DNA of 64,000 nucleotides from Trichosphaerium sp. ATCC 40318 (lineage: Eukaryota; Protista; Tubulinea): the NCBI GenBank assembly GCA_038496445.1, contig JALMLS010000231.1, positions 124,001-188,000 of the forward strand. The letters are read 5' to 3'. The translations under genes were made by a program, and so were the position numbers. Within the stretch, counting starts at the first letter, position 1. Each line of letters starts with the position of its first letter. Shown here one piece after another: positions 27,801-41,029 of the stretch. The notes beneath the pieces are model-generated. The model saw nothing but the letters and a program-made list of their open reading frames with translations, searched no databases and was not told the origin of the DNA.

Positions 27801-30032
27801 AACGGACAGATTCGTGGAACAAACTATCAACCAAGAAATAGCTATCAACGACCGTCACCTAATAGGCCACCTCCTCGATACCAAGCTCAACCAACACCTA
27901 CACCTAAACCTGTTGCTAAAAAACCACAAGCTACTAAAGCAAGCATCGAGATTGCAGGACGCTATACAAGTTCTAAGGCAAGCAACTTTTACAGTGTTCT
28001 TGTTATGGAAGAAAAGTCAAAACCTTCAAGAAGAAGAAACCCACGACCTCAGAGAAATCCTCCACAGAGCGCTACAAGACATTCCTTTCCGAAGAAATAT
28101 ACTCAAAGTCAACAACCACAACGTAGAGCAAGTTCGACATCTCAACAACCTAAACAAAACTACAACATTAAGATTGTTCCTCAAGCCGAAAGATACCAGC
28201 CACACCACAGATGGAGGTTCCAAGCATCAGCCGAGACTAGCTACTATGAAAGGGATCTAGTACATAATTCACGACCATCAGGTAAACTCACTCTGGGAGA
28301 TTTTATTGTCAAAGGACGCTCGTCTAAGAAGAAAACTGGAAACAAGAGAAGAGGAAAGTGGAGAGAAGTCGTTTTGGCTACACCTGAACCTGAAGTAAAA
28401 AAAGTCGTATTATCTCCTTCTATTCTGTTACCATCAACTTTGGAAACAAAGCTACAAGAGGTGCGTTGATTACATTGTTTGTAAATCACGTACTGACTTT
28501 TTTGTTGTAGGAATTTTCTTTGATTGTTAAAGATACTTCTTCTTGTTTTGGAGGGATAGACTCAAGTCTTTTTGCCTATGTACCAGACGAGATCATCATG
28601 CACGTTTTTGGATTTTTACTTCCAGAAGAATTAAACGATCTCTCTTCCGTTTGCAAGGAGTTTGTACGACTCTCAGGAGACAAAAGGTAAATACTAGACA
28701 CGTTGTTGAACTTTCATTTCTTCTAATGTTCAAAGTGCCTTTCTAACGTTATATCTAGGCTATGGCGATCACTCTTCCGTCAAAGATACTCCGCATATGG
28801 TATTTACAACCAATATACTATCCAAGACTGGAAAACAGTGTTCGCACAGGTAATTATTCTGTCTGAATATTGCTTTTTTCTTTTCAACTCTGACCGCCTC
28901 CCTAGGAAATAGCTATTGGTAAAGGTGGTCTACTATGTTACCATAGTCGCGTATCATTCCGCGACGACATTCTTGGGATACCTATTCAAATCTCTAGAAC
29001 CGGAAAGTTCGATTCTTTATCATCAACAGTTGAGTTTTTGAGCCTTGAAAGTTTCAGTGAAGATGGTGTTAGAAAGACAGTCTGGGGTGAGAAGTTTACC
29101 CACTGGCTTCCTCTATGGATTAACAATGAACACGGAAATCGAGCTGTGCCATATATTGAGCAAGCTATCGCTGATCTATACACAAACCGAAGCGGCGCTA
29201 GAACATCTTTCAACGCAGATATGGTACTCAAGATAATTCCGAGATTAATGAATACTATGGTTGTCAGCGTAATGAAGGGTGACGAACATGCCTCTATCAA
29301 GGCTCTAGAAGGTAATAAAAGCAGTCAAATCATCAACCACTTAAGCTGTAGCTAATGACATCTTACAGGTTACTGCGCTTTGCACAGACTTCTTATTATG
29401 TTCATCAAACGTTATCCTGCTCTTCAGGGCAAGGTTAACCTCATAACAAGAAGGTTTGCTAGACAAGCAGACGCAAGAATAAAGAGTAAGACACCTAACC
29501 TTGGAGAATTCCTTCCTCTTGTTGCTGTCTCACAACACGTTGATTGGCAAGATGTCTGTTGGCCTTACCTAACGGAAACCTTCGACCGTAACGTACTGTG
29601 GGCATCTAAAAAGTACCCTACTCTCGCAAAAGTACCAAAACACACGTCTATTGCAGATCCAACAAGAAACAGACTTACCTTGGATGCTACTTTAGTTAGC
29701 ATGCGCTTACTTTGCTTCCACGTGTATTTCTTTAAGCATATTGCAAAGCCAGGAGGTATTTCCTTGTATATATGAACCTTTCTGTGTCTTACTCTCTACT
29801 AGGTATAACGCAAGATGAAATAGCTGCTTCGTATGATAAGTTCTATGGTTTACCAAGTACTCAAATGAAAGAAGCACTTCAGAAACACGTGTTTAAGATT
29901 TTGAAGATTTCGACGTGGAATGACGTATTTAATGCTATAGAAGTACCTCCTCCTTCTCCTGTACATCTCACAAGATGGCTTGTACAAGCGGTTAAAAACT
30001 CAGAGAGAAAGAGATACCATGGAAGGTTCTAA
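24856..30032 (+). CDS. VWA - UBC(E2) - low-complexity linker - F-box - conserved C-terminal domain fusion protein
   Basis: MIDAS VIDRSGSMSG, GCTNLSGGL, VLLFTDGEAN. E2: RRLMMDFKE...DIFEWHCNLKGPEGSPY...FPNTYPFNAP...HPHVFGSWVCLDLL...WSSAYSVSSILLQLQSFL. F-box: YVPDEIIMHVFGFL...VCKEF...KRLW. Exons splice in frame. Confidence 0.85.
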
Positions 30033-30820
30033 GTTGTATTTTAAAACAAAATAAATTCTCATTGGGAACAAGTACATTGTTTCTTTTTTTTTACTATGTT
30101 GATGCTTCCGAGATTAACAAAACTGTCTCAAAAGCGATACAGGTATCGCTTAGTTGTTCAGTATCCTGTAACACGTGAATAAAAATACAGGTTAAAGTCG
30201 CTATACTGAATATTTTGGTTTACATATCCTTCTATTATTTTAGCTACTATATTCCGTTCAAGTATGCAGTGTCTGTAGTACAGGAACACAATACAATGAA
30301 TGATTAATCTCTCGAACTTTTCATTCTTGATGCTTTTTGCTAGCGAGGGGCGTTGTAAGTAGCCGTACACAAAAATCCATACAACAAAAAGAATCGTTTA
30401 CTGCAAGATTATTCATTTTTTGTCAACAAAAGTCCTTCTGGCCCAGTTGGGGCGCTGGAGATTAACAAAATAGTCTGAAATAAGAGACACAGCCAGTGTT
30501 TCATAGTCGACCGTGTAATAATAGTTGGCCGAACCACGCACGACCAGAACTTGTGAATGCTGAATACTGCAAGAAAAAGCTATGCAGTCTTGCTTAAAAC
30601 CTCGTTTTGTTAAGCGCACATTTTTGGTGTTACAAGTCGTTCACGGTTAAAAATACGAGTGGTAAATAAACGCAGGGAATACCGAAAACGTATTAGTATA
30701 ACAAAATAAAATGGTCATCAATTCTGTGTCAAAAAACTCCGTAGTTAAAAATTATTATAAAATTGTCACGGTTTTGTATTTATACCAAAAAAACATAACG
30801 TTGAGGGCGCTACGTCATAA

Positions 30821-33800
30821 ATGAACCTACACCTGTATATCTTCATAGGGTTATTATTTCTACGCGTTCATGCTAGCCAGCAGAATGCTCAACAGACTAA
30901 AACTATAACGCTTGTTGGGTCTTTAGACTTGAGGCCATTAACCACCACTTCTGATCTTTCTGCACGCTTTGAAAACGCTATTTACAAAAGCTTCAAGTTC
31001 TTTGAGCATTGGTTTAATAACATCAGAAAAACTCATGGAATGACAAAATATGTTGTTCAGGTCAACTTTACAAGCACAGGGGACAATGTTACTGCTAAAA
31101 TTAACGCACGTGATAAGTTTTAATTGCGCTAAAAAAAAAGGTTCCGAAAAATAGTTCCCTGACTATGGTCGTATGTAAATCTTGAAGCGCTAAGCTTCTT
31201 TATAGGATTACAAATACTGGTGTAAGCAGATACAGAACAACGAAGCAGTATTCCTTTTTGGCGGATTTGAGTCATGGCTTGTTAATATATCACGTGAGAT
31301 AGATGAATACAAAGAGTGCTTCAGGGTAAGCAAAAGCAACAGAAAATAATTCTTCTAGTTTGTGTGTTAATTTTATTGTGTTTCGCGTAGATTGATACAG
31401 CCGCTGCGGATGAGAGTACTTGGAGAGACTTTAAAAATGTTCTACCAATGAGAGCCTCGTTAAAACAGTAAGCACATTTATTTTAACTGCAGAAACTGCG
31501 AAAAAATAACTACAGAAAAGTGTTCCACGTGTGACGTGGAGGTAGTTGTTCTTACTTATTTTTTTCACTAACTTTTCTTTAAATAGCTATTTCGAGAGCA
31601 CGTACCCTTACTTGAGATTACATAAAGTCAAGAGAGTAATCGTTATTCGCCAACTACGACCAAACTTGGTGCCTTATGAGGAGGTACGAAACCTAAAAAA
31701 ACCCCAAAAATACTAACTTTCGTGGTGTCAGAACTTACTTGAAGGTCTGGATCTCAACGTTCGTATACAGCCAGAGGAAACATTCTATGTTATGGATACA
31801 AATGTTACAATATTACAATTGCCATTGGAAGAAATGGTCGAGCAAAATGTAACTGCGACCATAACAGAAGCAGCGAAAGTAAGTTCAATGTGTTTTTTAT
31901 GTTATTTTTATGTACCTTTTAAGAAATACCCCGATATCGATTGTGTGTACGTGCTCATATGGGAAAGAGTAAACCAAAAAGTTGTAGCTGTGATGGATGA
32001 TCTAGACTGGTAAGTAAACTTTCTTAGTGCCGATAAAATTAGTTTGACTTTTTTTTCACAGGGCGCCAAAAATGGTTATACACGTTCAGTCAGGTCGGTT
32101 CTTGCGTAGGCCTTCAGGTAAACGTTTTTACTCAATATGGTTTACTTATTCCTATCCCTAAAGGCAACATGCACTCTGGCATAAATGAACGGTCAGCGCG
32201 TACAGCTTTTAAAAGCGATGAGTTCACAGGTGGTAATTATACTACCTTTCTGACTCAACTGGCGGACTATTACAATACAACAACAAGTGCAGTTAATACA
32301 CTGTTTTATTTGAACCCATTTATGGCTGGATCGCTACTGCTCCGAACAATAGAAGTGAGTTTTTTTATACAGAGCAATTCTTAAGTTAGTTAGTAATGCT
32401 ATTTTAGGAACTTGATTCATTAAATCACAAGGATATCAGAGATAAATTATTTCGAAGCAAACACCCGTACGAACTATGAAAACACGTATTGCCATTGTTA
32501 TATTAACTTTAAAAAAAATCACGTGGCACATTTTAGGAAAATAACAACTTTTGATTGCAAAACTGAGTTTCTGAGCCTCTTTGTTTTAGAACTTTCAACG
32601 GTGATTATTCATGGGATATCACTCACGGACAAAAATGGAGACCTTACTTTCTACAAGTTCAAAATCGTGATGGGAATTATGACGGTGAAGAATACCTTGA
32701 GATCCTTGGTCCTATAGAAGGTAGAGATTTTTTGTATTCTTCTACAAAGTGTGCTAATGTGTTGGTGATAGCGTCAACAGGAAAGATGGTATATCCTATG
32801 ATACCTTTTAAAGACCGCTCAGCTAATCTCTCGTGGAATAAAAATCCCTTTGGAGAGATAGTGATTACTGTGATAGCTTGTCTGGTTATGCTACTTTGGG
32901 TCATATTCACAGTATACGTCATTTACAACGAGAAGGTACTTTCTTGGTTTTTTAAGTCACGTGCCAATTTTTTTGGATTGTTGTTTGTTAAATGTTGTTT
33001 GTTCACTGCAACCAGTCGAAACTACTTTTCTATTTCACCTTTGATGAACGCAAGACCGAGAGTCTGACGTCTTTTTTAGAGAGCGTCGAGGCAATTTCCT
33101 TGTTTCCATGTATTAGTTTCGCTTGGTGCTATCATAATCCTGTATGTAGTTTTTTACTTTACCTTAGAACAATGTTTAACATTGTTTTAAAAGGTTTACA
33201 ACTATTTTTTGGGCACCCTCCATAGAAGTATCATCAATGTGTCATCTATCTCTATACCACTTCCATATTGGATTCACACTTTTGTTTGGGTACAAACCGG
33301 TAAATCTGTACTACCTTTCGTTCACACTATTATAGAACGTTCTTGTCGAAAGCTTTATTGATAGTCATTGGTCACAAGGACCAAGAAAATAAAGTCAGAG
33401 TGCGGTACGGAAAAATAAAACAGTGCCGAACATACATTCAAGCGAATATTTATCTTCTAAGTTAAATGTCGTTTACTCAATTCATACTGATGTAGGCTTG
33501 ATTTTTGTTTATTCAAAGAATTTTAGCTTAGTGGTTCACACATCCATTGCAACCACTAATTTTTTGTTTTAGACCATTGTCCGTTGCTGTTGTTGTTCTC
33601 GGACTTGTTGTGATAGATATTGTCATTCTGGTTTTATACTCGATAATATACAACCCAGTGGTAGTTAGAGTCTCACCAGATGAGTTTGACATGTCCAAGT
33701 CATACATCATCTGCGATGGAAACGAAACAGCGGAAACAGTATTCGAGATTGTATTTGCAACAGAAAAGGTACTCGTTCACTGGCTTCTGTAAAAATTGTT

Positions 33801-34560
33801 CTTAACTCTTCCTACAGATCCTTATGGTTCTTATCGGATTTGTACTAGCGTACTTTGTTAAAGATATTGCTAGCTGCTGTCGTCATCATACAAAACTTAT
33901 AGCCGTTTCGATTTACAATATTGGTATCTTCTTCATCGTCATTACAGCTGTCCGGATAAGTCTGGGTGATTTTGGTCGTGATGTGGTAACACTAGTTTAT
34001 GTCCTCTCTTCGATGGGTATCATATGTGCTGTGGGTACGAAAAATCACGTGACAAACAGATTAACCACTTGCTATTTTACTGTTTAATACCATCAGAGTT
34101 TAACTTTGTTTTTACTTCTAGTGTTCACACTGCTCGGTTGCGCAGTCCAATATGTGTTTTGGGGAAACGATACAGAGATGGTGTCTAAAATGGATACAGT
34201 AGGTTTCAATTTAGAAGCCACAGCGATAGCAACACCAGTACGTACACCAGGTGTAAATACGAAGTCAACAGGAACTTCTGGGGGAACACTGGTCACAACA
34301 GGATCTAAAGCGACTTCGGATTTAATACAAAGAATAGAAGAGACAACAGCAAGACTTGAAGAGTATGTCATAAACTTCAAAGAAAAGTGTCAAATACGCA
34401 TTGACTTTTTCCTTCTTTTTTTTTTGTCTCTTTGTTTCATTTAGTAACCATTCTTTTTAACAGGATCGAAGAAAGGATTTCAAATGCAAAGAATGATAGA
34501 AATAAATGGAAGAAAAAGTTTGAGGATGAAGAACAGCGAATGACACTCATCGAAAAGTAA
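30821..34560 (+). CDS. class C (GABA-B/Grl-like) GPCR with Venus-flytrap-like ectodomain and C-terminal coiled coil
   Basis: Signal peptide, N-glycosylated ectodomain, seven hydrophobic segments with IGFTLLFG.FLSK..L, LIGFVLAYFVKDI and TKLIAVSIYNIG (GABA-B-like TM5/6), S/T-rich tail, coiled coil. Confidence 0.8.
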
Positions 34561-34792
34561 ACAAGACAATGAACTGTTTGTACAATAAGTGTAAAAAAAA
34601 AAAAATTCAAAAGAGTTTTTTACTCATTGACAGTAGCGTTTATAGTTCATTGTTTCTTCTCATTGATTTACCCAGCATTGCATTAAAAAACAGAAGTGTC
34701 TATGATATCACGTGTTAATGTGTACTGCTTGGGTATCTATGACAAGATAAACAATACATAAATATGCATACTAGTTTATTCAGTGTTAACAA

Positions 34793-35733
34793 CTATTCTT
34801 TCCAGTGTGAAGGAATATCATCTGATTGCAGAATCGACGCTGGCAAACACGCTGGTGCAAGCTTAGCAATATACTTGGTGATATCAACAGGCAAGGTAGG
34901 CAATGACTGGTGTTCACGTGCAAAAAAAAGCTGGAGAAGACGCTCTTGCATCTTGACTCTCCAAGATGTCGGGCATACTTCATTGAACTTTTCAGATATA
35001 GTGCAGTCACGCAATACCACACTAACTATCTTCTCGAACTGGTGATTAAACCTGTAAATATTGGTCAAACAAGCATGCTCTTTTACTTCTTCGTCAGAAG
35101 GAAAGTCATCAAAGTCTTGCCAAGCCTTGAAAACAGATGAATCAGAAACACCATAAATCACGTTTGTACAGTCACTCTGGTTATCGATAACCAAGCATAC
35201 TAACTCTCTTGTTTGACGATGACGTATAGCTCCCCAGCAACCAGTATTACTATCAGCATGACCATCATTCATGTTAAACCGAAGAGGAAAGACTTGACCG
35301 GCACCATCAATAATGTCAATGTCCGTCCATTGATATTGAAGGTATTCTTCCTTTTCATCTTCATCCCATTCCTCAATTTCTTCACCCAATATGATTGCAG
35401 CGTCGCTTGGGTCAACGTTCTGGGTAATGTACCGTACAAGCGTGTAATGGAACTTTGCGTTGTGCTGAGGGTTTTTAACTGATTTAGCGTGTCTGTATTG
35501 ATACCAGAGATCTTCTGAGAGCGTAAACTTTGGTTTAGAAGTTGTAGAGCGTTTCGCTTCGTTTATTATCGCGTTCGATACAAAATCAGGCCAAGAATAC
35601 TATAGATATGTTAAATAGGCGGTTAATGCTATTATTAGCGTACTTCAGCTTTACGTTGCTTTTTTCCGCTTTCTAAAGCTTCTGAAACTGAGTCGTTGCA
35701 CTCCATAAAGGCTTCACTGGCTTTTCGCTTCAT
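34793..35733 (-). CDS. uncharacterised protein with C-terminal F-box-like motif
   Basis: Two exons (MKRKASEAF...KAE | YSWPDFVSN...) continuous with ORF 34793..35389. Ends ...LPTLPVDITKYIAKLAP. Confidence 0.6.
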
Positions 35734-36509
35734 CTCACAAGTTGTCACGAAATAATACTTTTGTAGACTTTAACAAATCACAACAATTAAATAAAACTGA
35801 TTAAAATTCTTCAGTGAAACTTTTTGTCAGATACCATTCCCAGAATTCTTGACATCCTTTGCATCAAACCCTTACACGCATTAATGCAGTCAGCACCATA
35901 GGTTAAGACCTTACCTGAAGGTTATTAAAGACAGTTGTAAAGCGGTTTTTGAAGACCGAAAAGTGTCCTAATTTTCGGTCTTCGGTTTTTTGTAGGAGTA
36001 CTTTCTGTTGGTGTTATTTTTGAAGTCGGCTGTCCAACTTCCTGAAGGTTTTCGAAATTCTCTCGTTTTGTATAAATTACGTACTGTCACAAAATTGTAG
36101 TAGTGCTGGAAATTATGTTGACACATTGTTCTTACGAAATTCGTAAATAAAAAAGTCAATCAACTGCCTTTTGTTTTGTGGCTCTAAGCCAAGCCAGCTG
36201 TTTCTTTTTATAATGCATAACTTGTACATTACCAATATGCTAAGAGTCACAAACCGCAGAGTTACTCACCCTACAACGAACATCGAGATTATACTTCAAG
36301 ACAATTGCATGTAAGAGAAATAACTGACGAAATATCTAGCTGACAACCTTGACTGCAACACAATCGATAAAAATGATTGGTGCAAACTAACACCAAGCCC
36401 TGCTGTATTGTAGCAGTTAATGTTAGCAGTAAAAAAGGCGAACGGGCTTAACTGTTTTGATTAAAAAGGAAGTGGCTCGTAAAAAAGACAAAGCAATCCG
36501 CTTGTTGAT

Positions 36510-39082
36510 ATGCGGATTAGAAGCGTGATTTTCGCAGTTCTGATACTTATCTTTACGAATGGTACACTTTACTGCTTTTTTGATTGTACAATAAGCTAAC
36601 TACCCACCAGTCGCCATGGCAGTGTTTAGAAACCCGCAATTCAATGTTTTTATGAACGCTGCAGAAATTAATGCTTTCGGTTCTCCAGCTGTAGCAATAG
36701 ATGTGACATACGGCATTCCAGACGATGTACCATCGTATTTTTACGTTGTTGAATGTATACTACGTTTTTGCTTTGTATTTGTATTTGCTTAAACTTCCCT
36801 TAGCATTGCCCGATACAGTATTAATACAATCAGCAATACCTGAGAGTACGTTAAAAACTATTTGTAGCACTTTTTCAACAGGTTTATTCTATCCGCCTCA
36901 CAAGACTTTCTCATGCGCTTGCAGCGCGCATAGTCACACCATACGACTATTTTTGCTTGTTTTTTTTCTGCACAATCAAACACTCTTTAAAACACCTTTA
37001 ACACATCGTAATAGGCTTCTTTGAGGGTGAAAGCACCCGTGATGATATTTTAATACACCATGCGACCGGTCCAATGGTACAATACGGAAAAAACCAAGCC
37101 GTATTTTTGTTTGTTAATACAACAAGTGGAATGCTCGCTTACAGAATCCTGAGTCACCTGGGCGAAGATGTACGTGGATTTTTGAAAGCATTTGATATTT
37201 GTTTTTTGCAATGACACGTGACTATGTGTAGGCAATAAAAATGGAAGATGAAGTAGAGCTAATAGATTCCAGAAGTATTCCTGGAATTAAATACTTTGTT
37301 GAGTTTGACAAACATAAGTTTGAAGGTATGCTTAAAGACTTACACGAACAAAAAAACTTGTTTTCAAACGAAAAAAAAAGCACAGCCTCTATTTTTGAGT
37401 ACACGTGCTACTATCTATTTTGATCTTTCCAGAAAATATCACACTGCACAGTTCTTATTCTCTATAAAATGTTTTGGCCACGCAGGGTGTTCATTCGCTC
37501 GAGTTTTGGACAAAAAAACTCTGTTTTGTGACTTCGATTTTTGTTTATCTGTGCATACAATGTCTCACCTTTCTTAGCTTCTGGAAAAGAAGAATTTCTG
37601 GTCAATATAGAGTCTCCTTCAAATACCTCTCATTTCTTTAAAATAAGCAATGATACTTCTCCTGTGGGTGTCATGTACAATGGAAGTAAGTTACTCTTTC
37701 CAACAAAAAAAACATGTAACAAACTTTTTTTTGTCTTTTAGCTTACCCCGGTAATGACTTTGGTATTACTCATATGAATGAACCAGAATGCTTTGCAAAA
37801 TTATTTGTTGCTGAAATAAATGGAGAATTTAGAGTGGAGTATTCTATTCCGTTCACATCAAATGTAAGTTGCTTGAAACAACTTTAGAGGTTTTTTTTTT
37901 TTCTAATCTAGTTAAGGTCTCTCAGTTGATTACTTCATCAGTTATGCCTTCTAAAATATCCACTGTATTCATTGAGCGCTCTTTGTATAGTGTGTTGCTG
38001 TTTGGGAATATAGTATTAGTGATCCAAAAAAATGTTGATTGCTCAGAGCCACAGCCATTTAACAAGGAGGTTGAATCTGATTTTACACAAGTGCCTAGCC
38101 CAGAAGCAGTTGATATTATTGTATTGACAAACACAACAGATGAGAATTTATTGATTGTCCACAATGATGCGGTCTCTGATATTACAATCCATGCTTTTGA
38201 TGTATGTTCAAAAAAAAAAGGAACAAATGCACACAAAAAAAATTAATGTTTGTTTAGCGGAATTCTCTAAATTTTCTTAGTCCAAGTTTCACAACTACTC
38301 TACTAAGCAGTAGTGCCATAAAAAAATTAGAAGCTACATTTGATAGATCGGAATGTATAGTAACAGTATGTTTAGTTCAACTAGTGCAAAAAAAAAACCA
38401 GCTTATTAATTCAACAATTGGAACTCCAACCTTACTTTGTCTTTTGTTTTTATAGGTAGTTGCAGTGTTTGTTGATGGTACATCTAACATTATATTTTAT
38501 AATGAGTCCACTGGTGTTTTCTCTTGTGGTGCACCTCTGCCAACAACAGTGTCTCCACCAACACTTACACCAACCACAAGACCGCCTATAATTCCTGAAG
38601 TGTCTCCAACTTTACCTCCTGTAATACGGAGGGTGTTTACCCTTATCATCAACGAAGATATTGTTGTACTTCCACTTAATGCAACCTTTGATGACATAGA
38701 AGTCATCTTCACAAGAAACGCAAGACCAGTCAATGTAACACATTGCCCAAACATCTCAACTATTTCTGTATCATTTGAAAACAAGAGAGTATTTGACTCA
38801 ATAATTCAACAAGGTAACTTCACACTACTGACATTCTCAGAGTTGTGTGTAAATGATGGTACTGTTGATGTTAGGGTGGTTAGCCCTGATAATGAACAAT
38901 GTCAAACCGATACAATTGTTTCAAAATCAAGGTCTCTTGTGGTGTTAATATCTTCTTGTAGTCAAAGAGATAATCAACGTGATAATTCTCAAGTGATTTA
39001 TTATGGAGTTGGTGTCTCTTTAGTAGCAATAATTGTTGCTGTATTAATTGTCATGTACTTGGCATATAGACGGAGACATTAA
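36510..39082 (+). CDS. type I single-pass surface protein (beta-rich ectodomain, P/T-rich stalk)
   Basis: Signal MRIRSVIFAVLILIFTN; many short exons; PLPTTVSPPTLTPTTRPP stalk; TM IYYGVGVSLVAIIVAVLIVMYLA followed by YRRRH*. Confidence 0.65.
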
Positions 39083-39681
39083 AATAAATACCATGCATTA
39101 TACAACTCTTGTATTTAAGTAGTACAAATCTACAATTATAGAAAAGAAATAAAAGTACAAAAATACATATTACAGTTATAGTACCTTAACACTTTCCCGA
39201 TGCAATAGCTTATTTGCAAAATGAGGATGTACACCCCACCTGGCTTCTGTGATAGTGCCAGTATGAGGTAACAGCATTGTTGTTAAAGCCTCATTGATGC
39301 ACGCATTGAGTCTACGCATAACTCTTCTGTATTGTTGGTCTTATTCTTGCAGCGTGCATTGTTGTTGTTTGAGTTGAGTGTATGTTTGGTGTTTGATTAT
39401 AGTAGCGGTAATTGTGGTATTGCACCTTACGCTAGAGTCAAAGTTACATGTAAAACTGACGTACGGCAGCGGATGTCAGAAGTCATGACGAATAATCACG
39501 TGACAAGTGGTGCCTTTCAGAGCCCAGTGTATATCGCAAATGTCTCCTCATGCTATCACACAGACAAAACTAGAAAATAGTACAATGACCAAATTCATGC
39601 GACTTTTCTACTCTACACAAGAACAAGTACCTTTCATTGAATGGACTTAACAACAATGTTGAAGCGTTTATAGTATCCAAG

Positions 39682-40699
39682 ATGGCGTGTAATAATCGAA
39701 GCACCATTTCTACGCACAGCGAAAGCCAATTGTATGTTTTGTTTGTCAAAATACCACACTCACGCGCAACCAAGGTCTACAACCCTACTAGACTTGCCTA
39801 TCGAGATTTTAACGCTTATTCTTACAAATACTGAACAAGCGCGTTTCTCAGCTGCCCAAAGCTGTCAACTCATTAGTTCTATAATCCATAACATCGTTGG
39901 GTATAACAGAGTGACAATAAGAACGTTTTCCCAAGCATACTTGTTTAACGAAGTGTTTCCTTACGAAACAGCAAGAAGGAACACACATATCGTCGTTAAA
40001 GTAAGTGGAACAATAGACAAGAACAACCCCGACGGAGACGACATTGTAACAATTCTGGGTGGCTTCAAGACATCAGGTATTGAAGGTCTCTTTGATGGTC
40101 GTCTATTGGCTCTGAACTCTAACTCTGAAGCTCTTGATAGTACTACTGAGTCTGGGTTACGTTCAATAGACCTAAGCAAAGCTTCAGCGTCTGATATGAG
40201 CATGAAAATGCTCTCTGGCATCCATACAATAAATCTAAGATCGTCATTCGTTACAGACGAGGGACTTCAAGCTCTTGCTGGTGTACATACTATAGATTTA
40301 GCGCTTTGTAGGGAAATACTTGATAAGGGTGTAATGGCTTTAGCTGGTGTACATACTATCAACTTGGAAGGTTGTTACATCACAAATAAGGGTGTAAAGG
40401 CTTTGGCTGGTGTTCATAAGATAAACCTTTCAAGAACACATGTTACTGATGCATGTCTTAAATACTTAGTTGGAGTACATACCTTGGAGGCTGCTAATAC
40501 TTGTATTAGTGATAAAGGTATTAAGGTATTAACAGGTATTCATACATTGATAGTTTACAAAACGTATGTCACTGGGAAAGTTACAATTCCTGGTATACAA
40601 GTATTTATTTATGAAGAACCAGTTAAGGAGTATATTCTTCCTTCAAGCTCTTCTTCGGATGATGAACTCTCATTTTTTGGTTCTTTTAATCATGTTTAA
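39682..40699 (+). CDS. F-box plus leucine-rich repeat protein ('GVHTINL' 22-23 aa repeats)
   Basis: LLDLPIEILTLIL F-box-like. About 6 repeats of (V/I)TD.G(L/V).AL.GVHTI.L. A single short 5' intron. Confidence 0.8.
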
Positions 40700-41029
40700 A
40701 AGTTGTATTAACATTAGAGGAAAGGTAAACCTTTTTCATCCTCTTAGTTTGCAAGATGGATGTTCTGTGGTAACTAAAACATGATGAAATAAAAAAGCGT
40801 GTTAAACTGTCAGAGGCTTCTAGAAGTAAATGCTACAAATCATTATATAGGCGTGTACTAACTTCTGATACTAATGACACTGACAGCGATTACCCTGTAA
40901 GTCAGGAGGTAGTACTGAACTGATGTCTGTATTTGGGTTTTTTAAAATTTTTTTATTGCTGGTTTTTTTTTGTTTTTTCCAGAAGTAAAAAATCAGCGTA
41001 AATATCTTCTTCTTGGTGTCATCTTTGGT

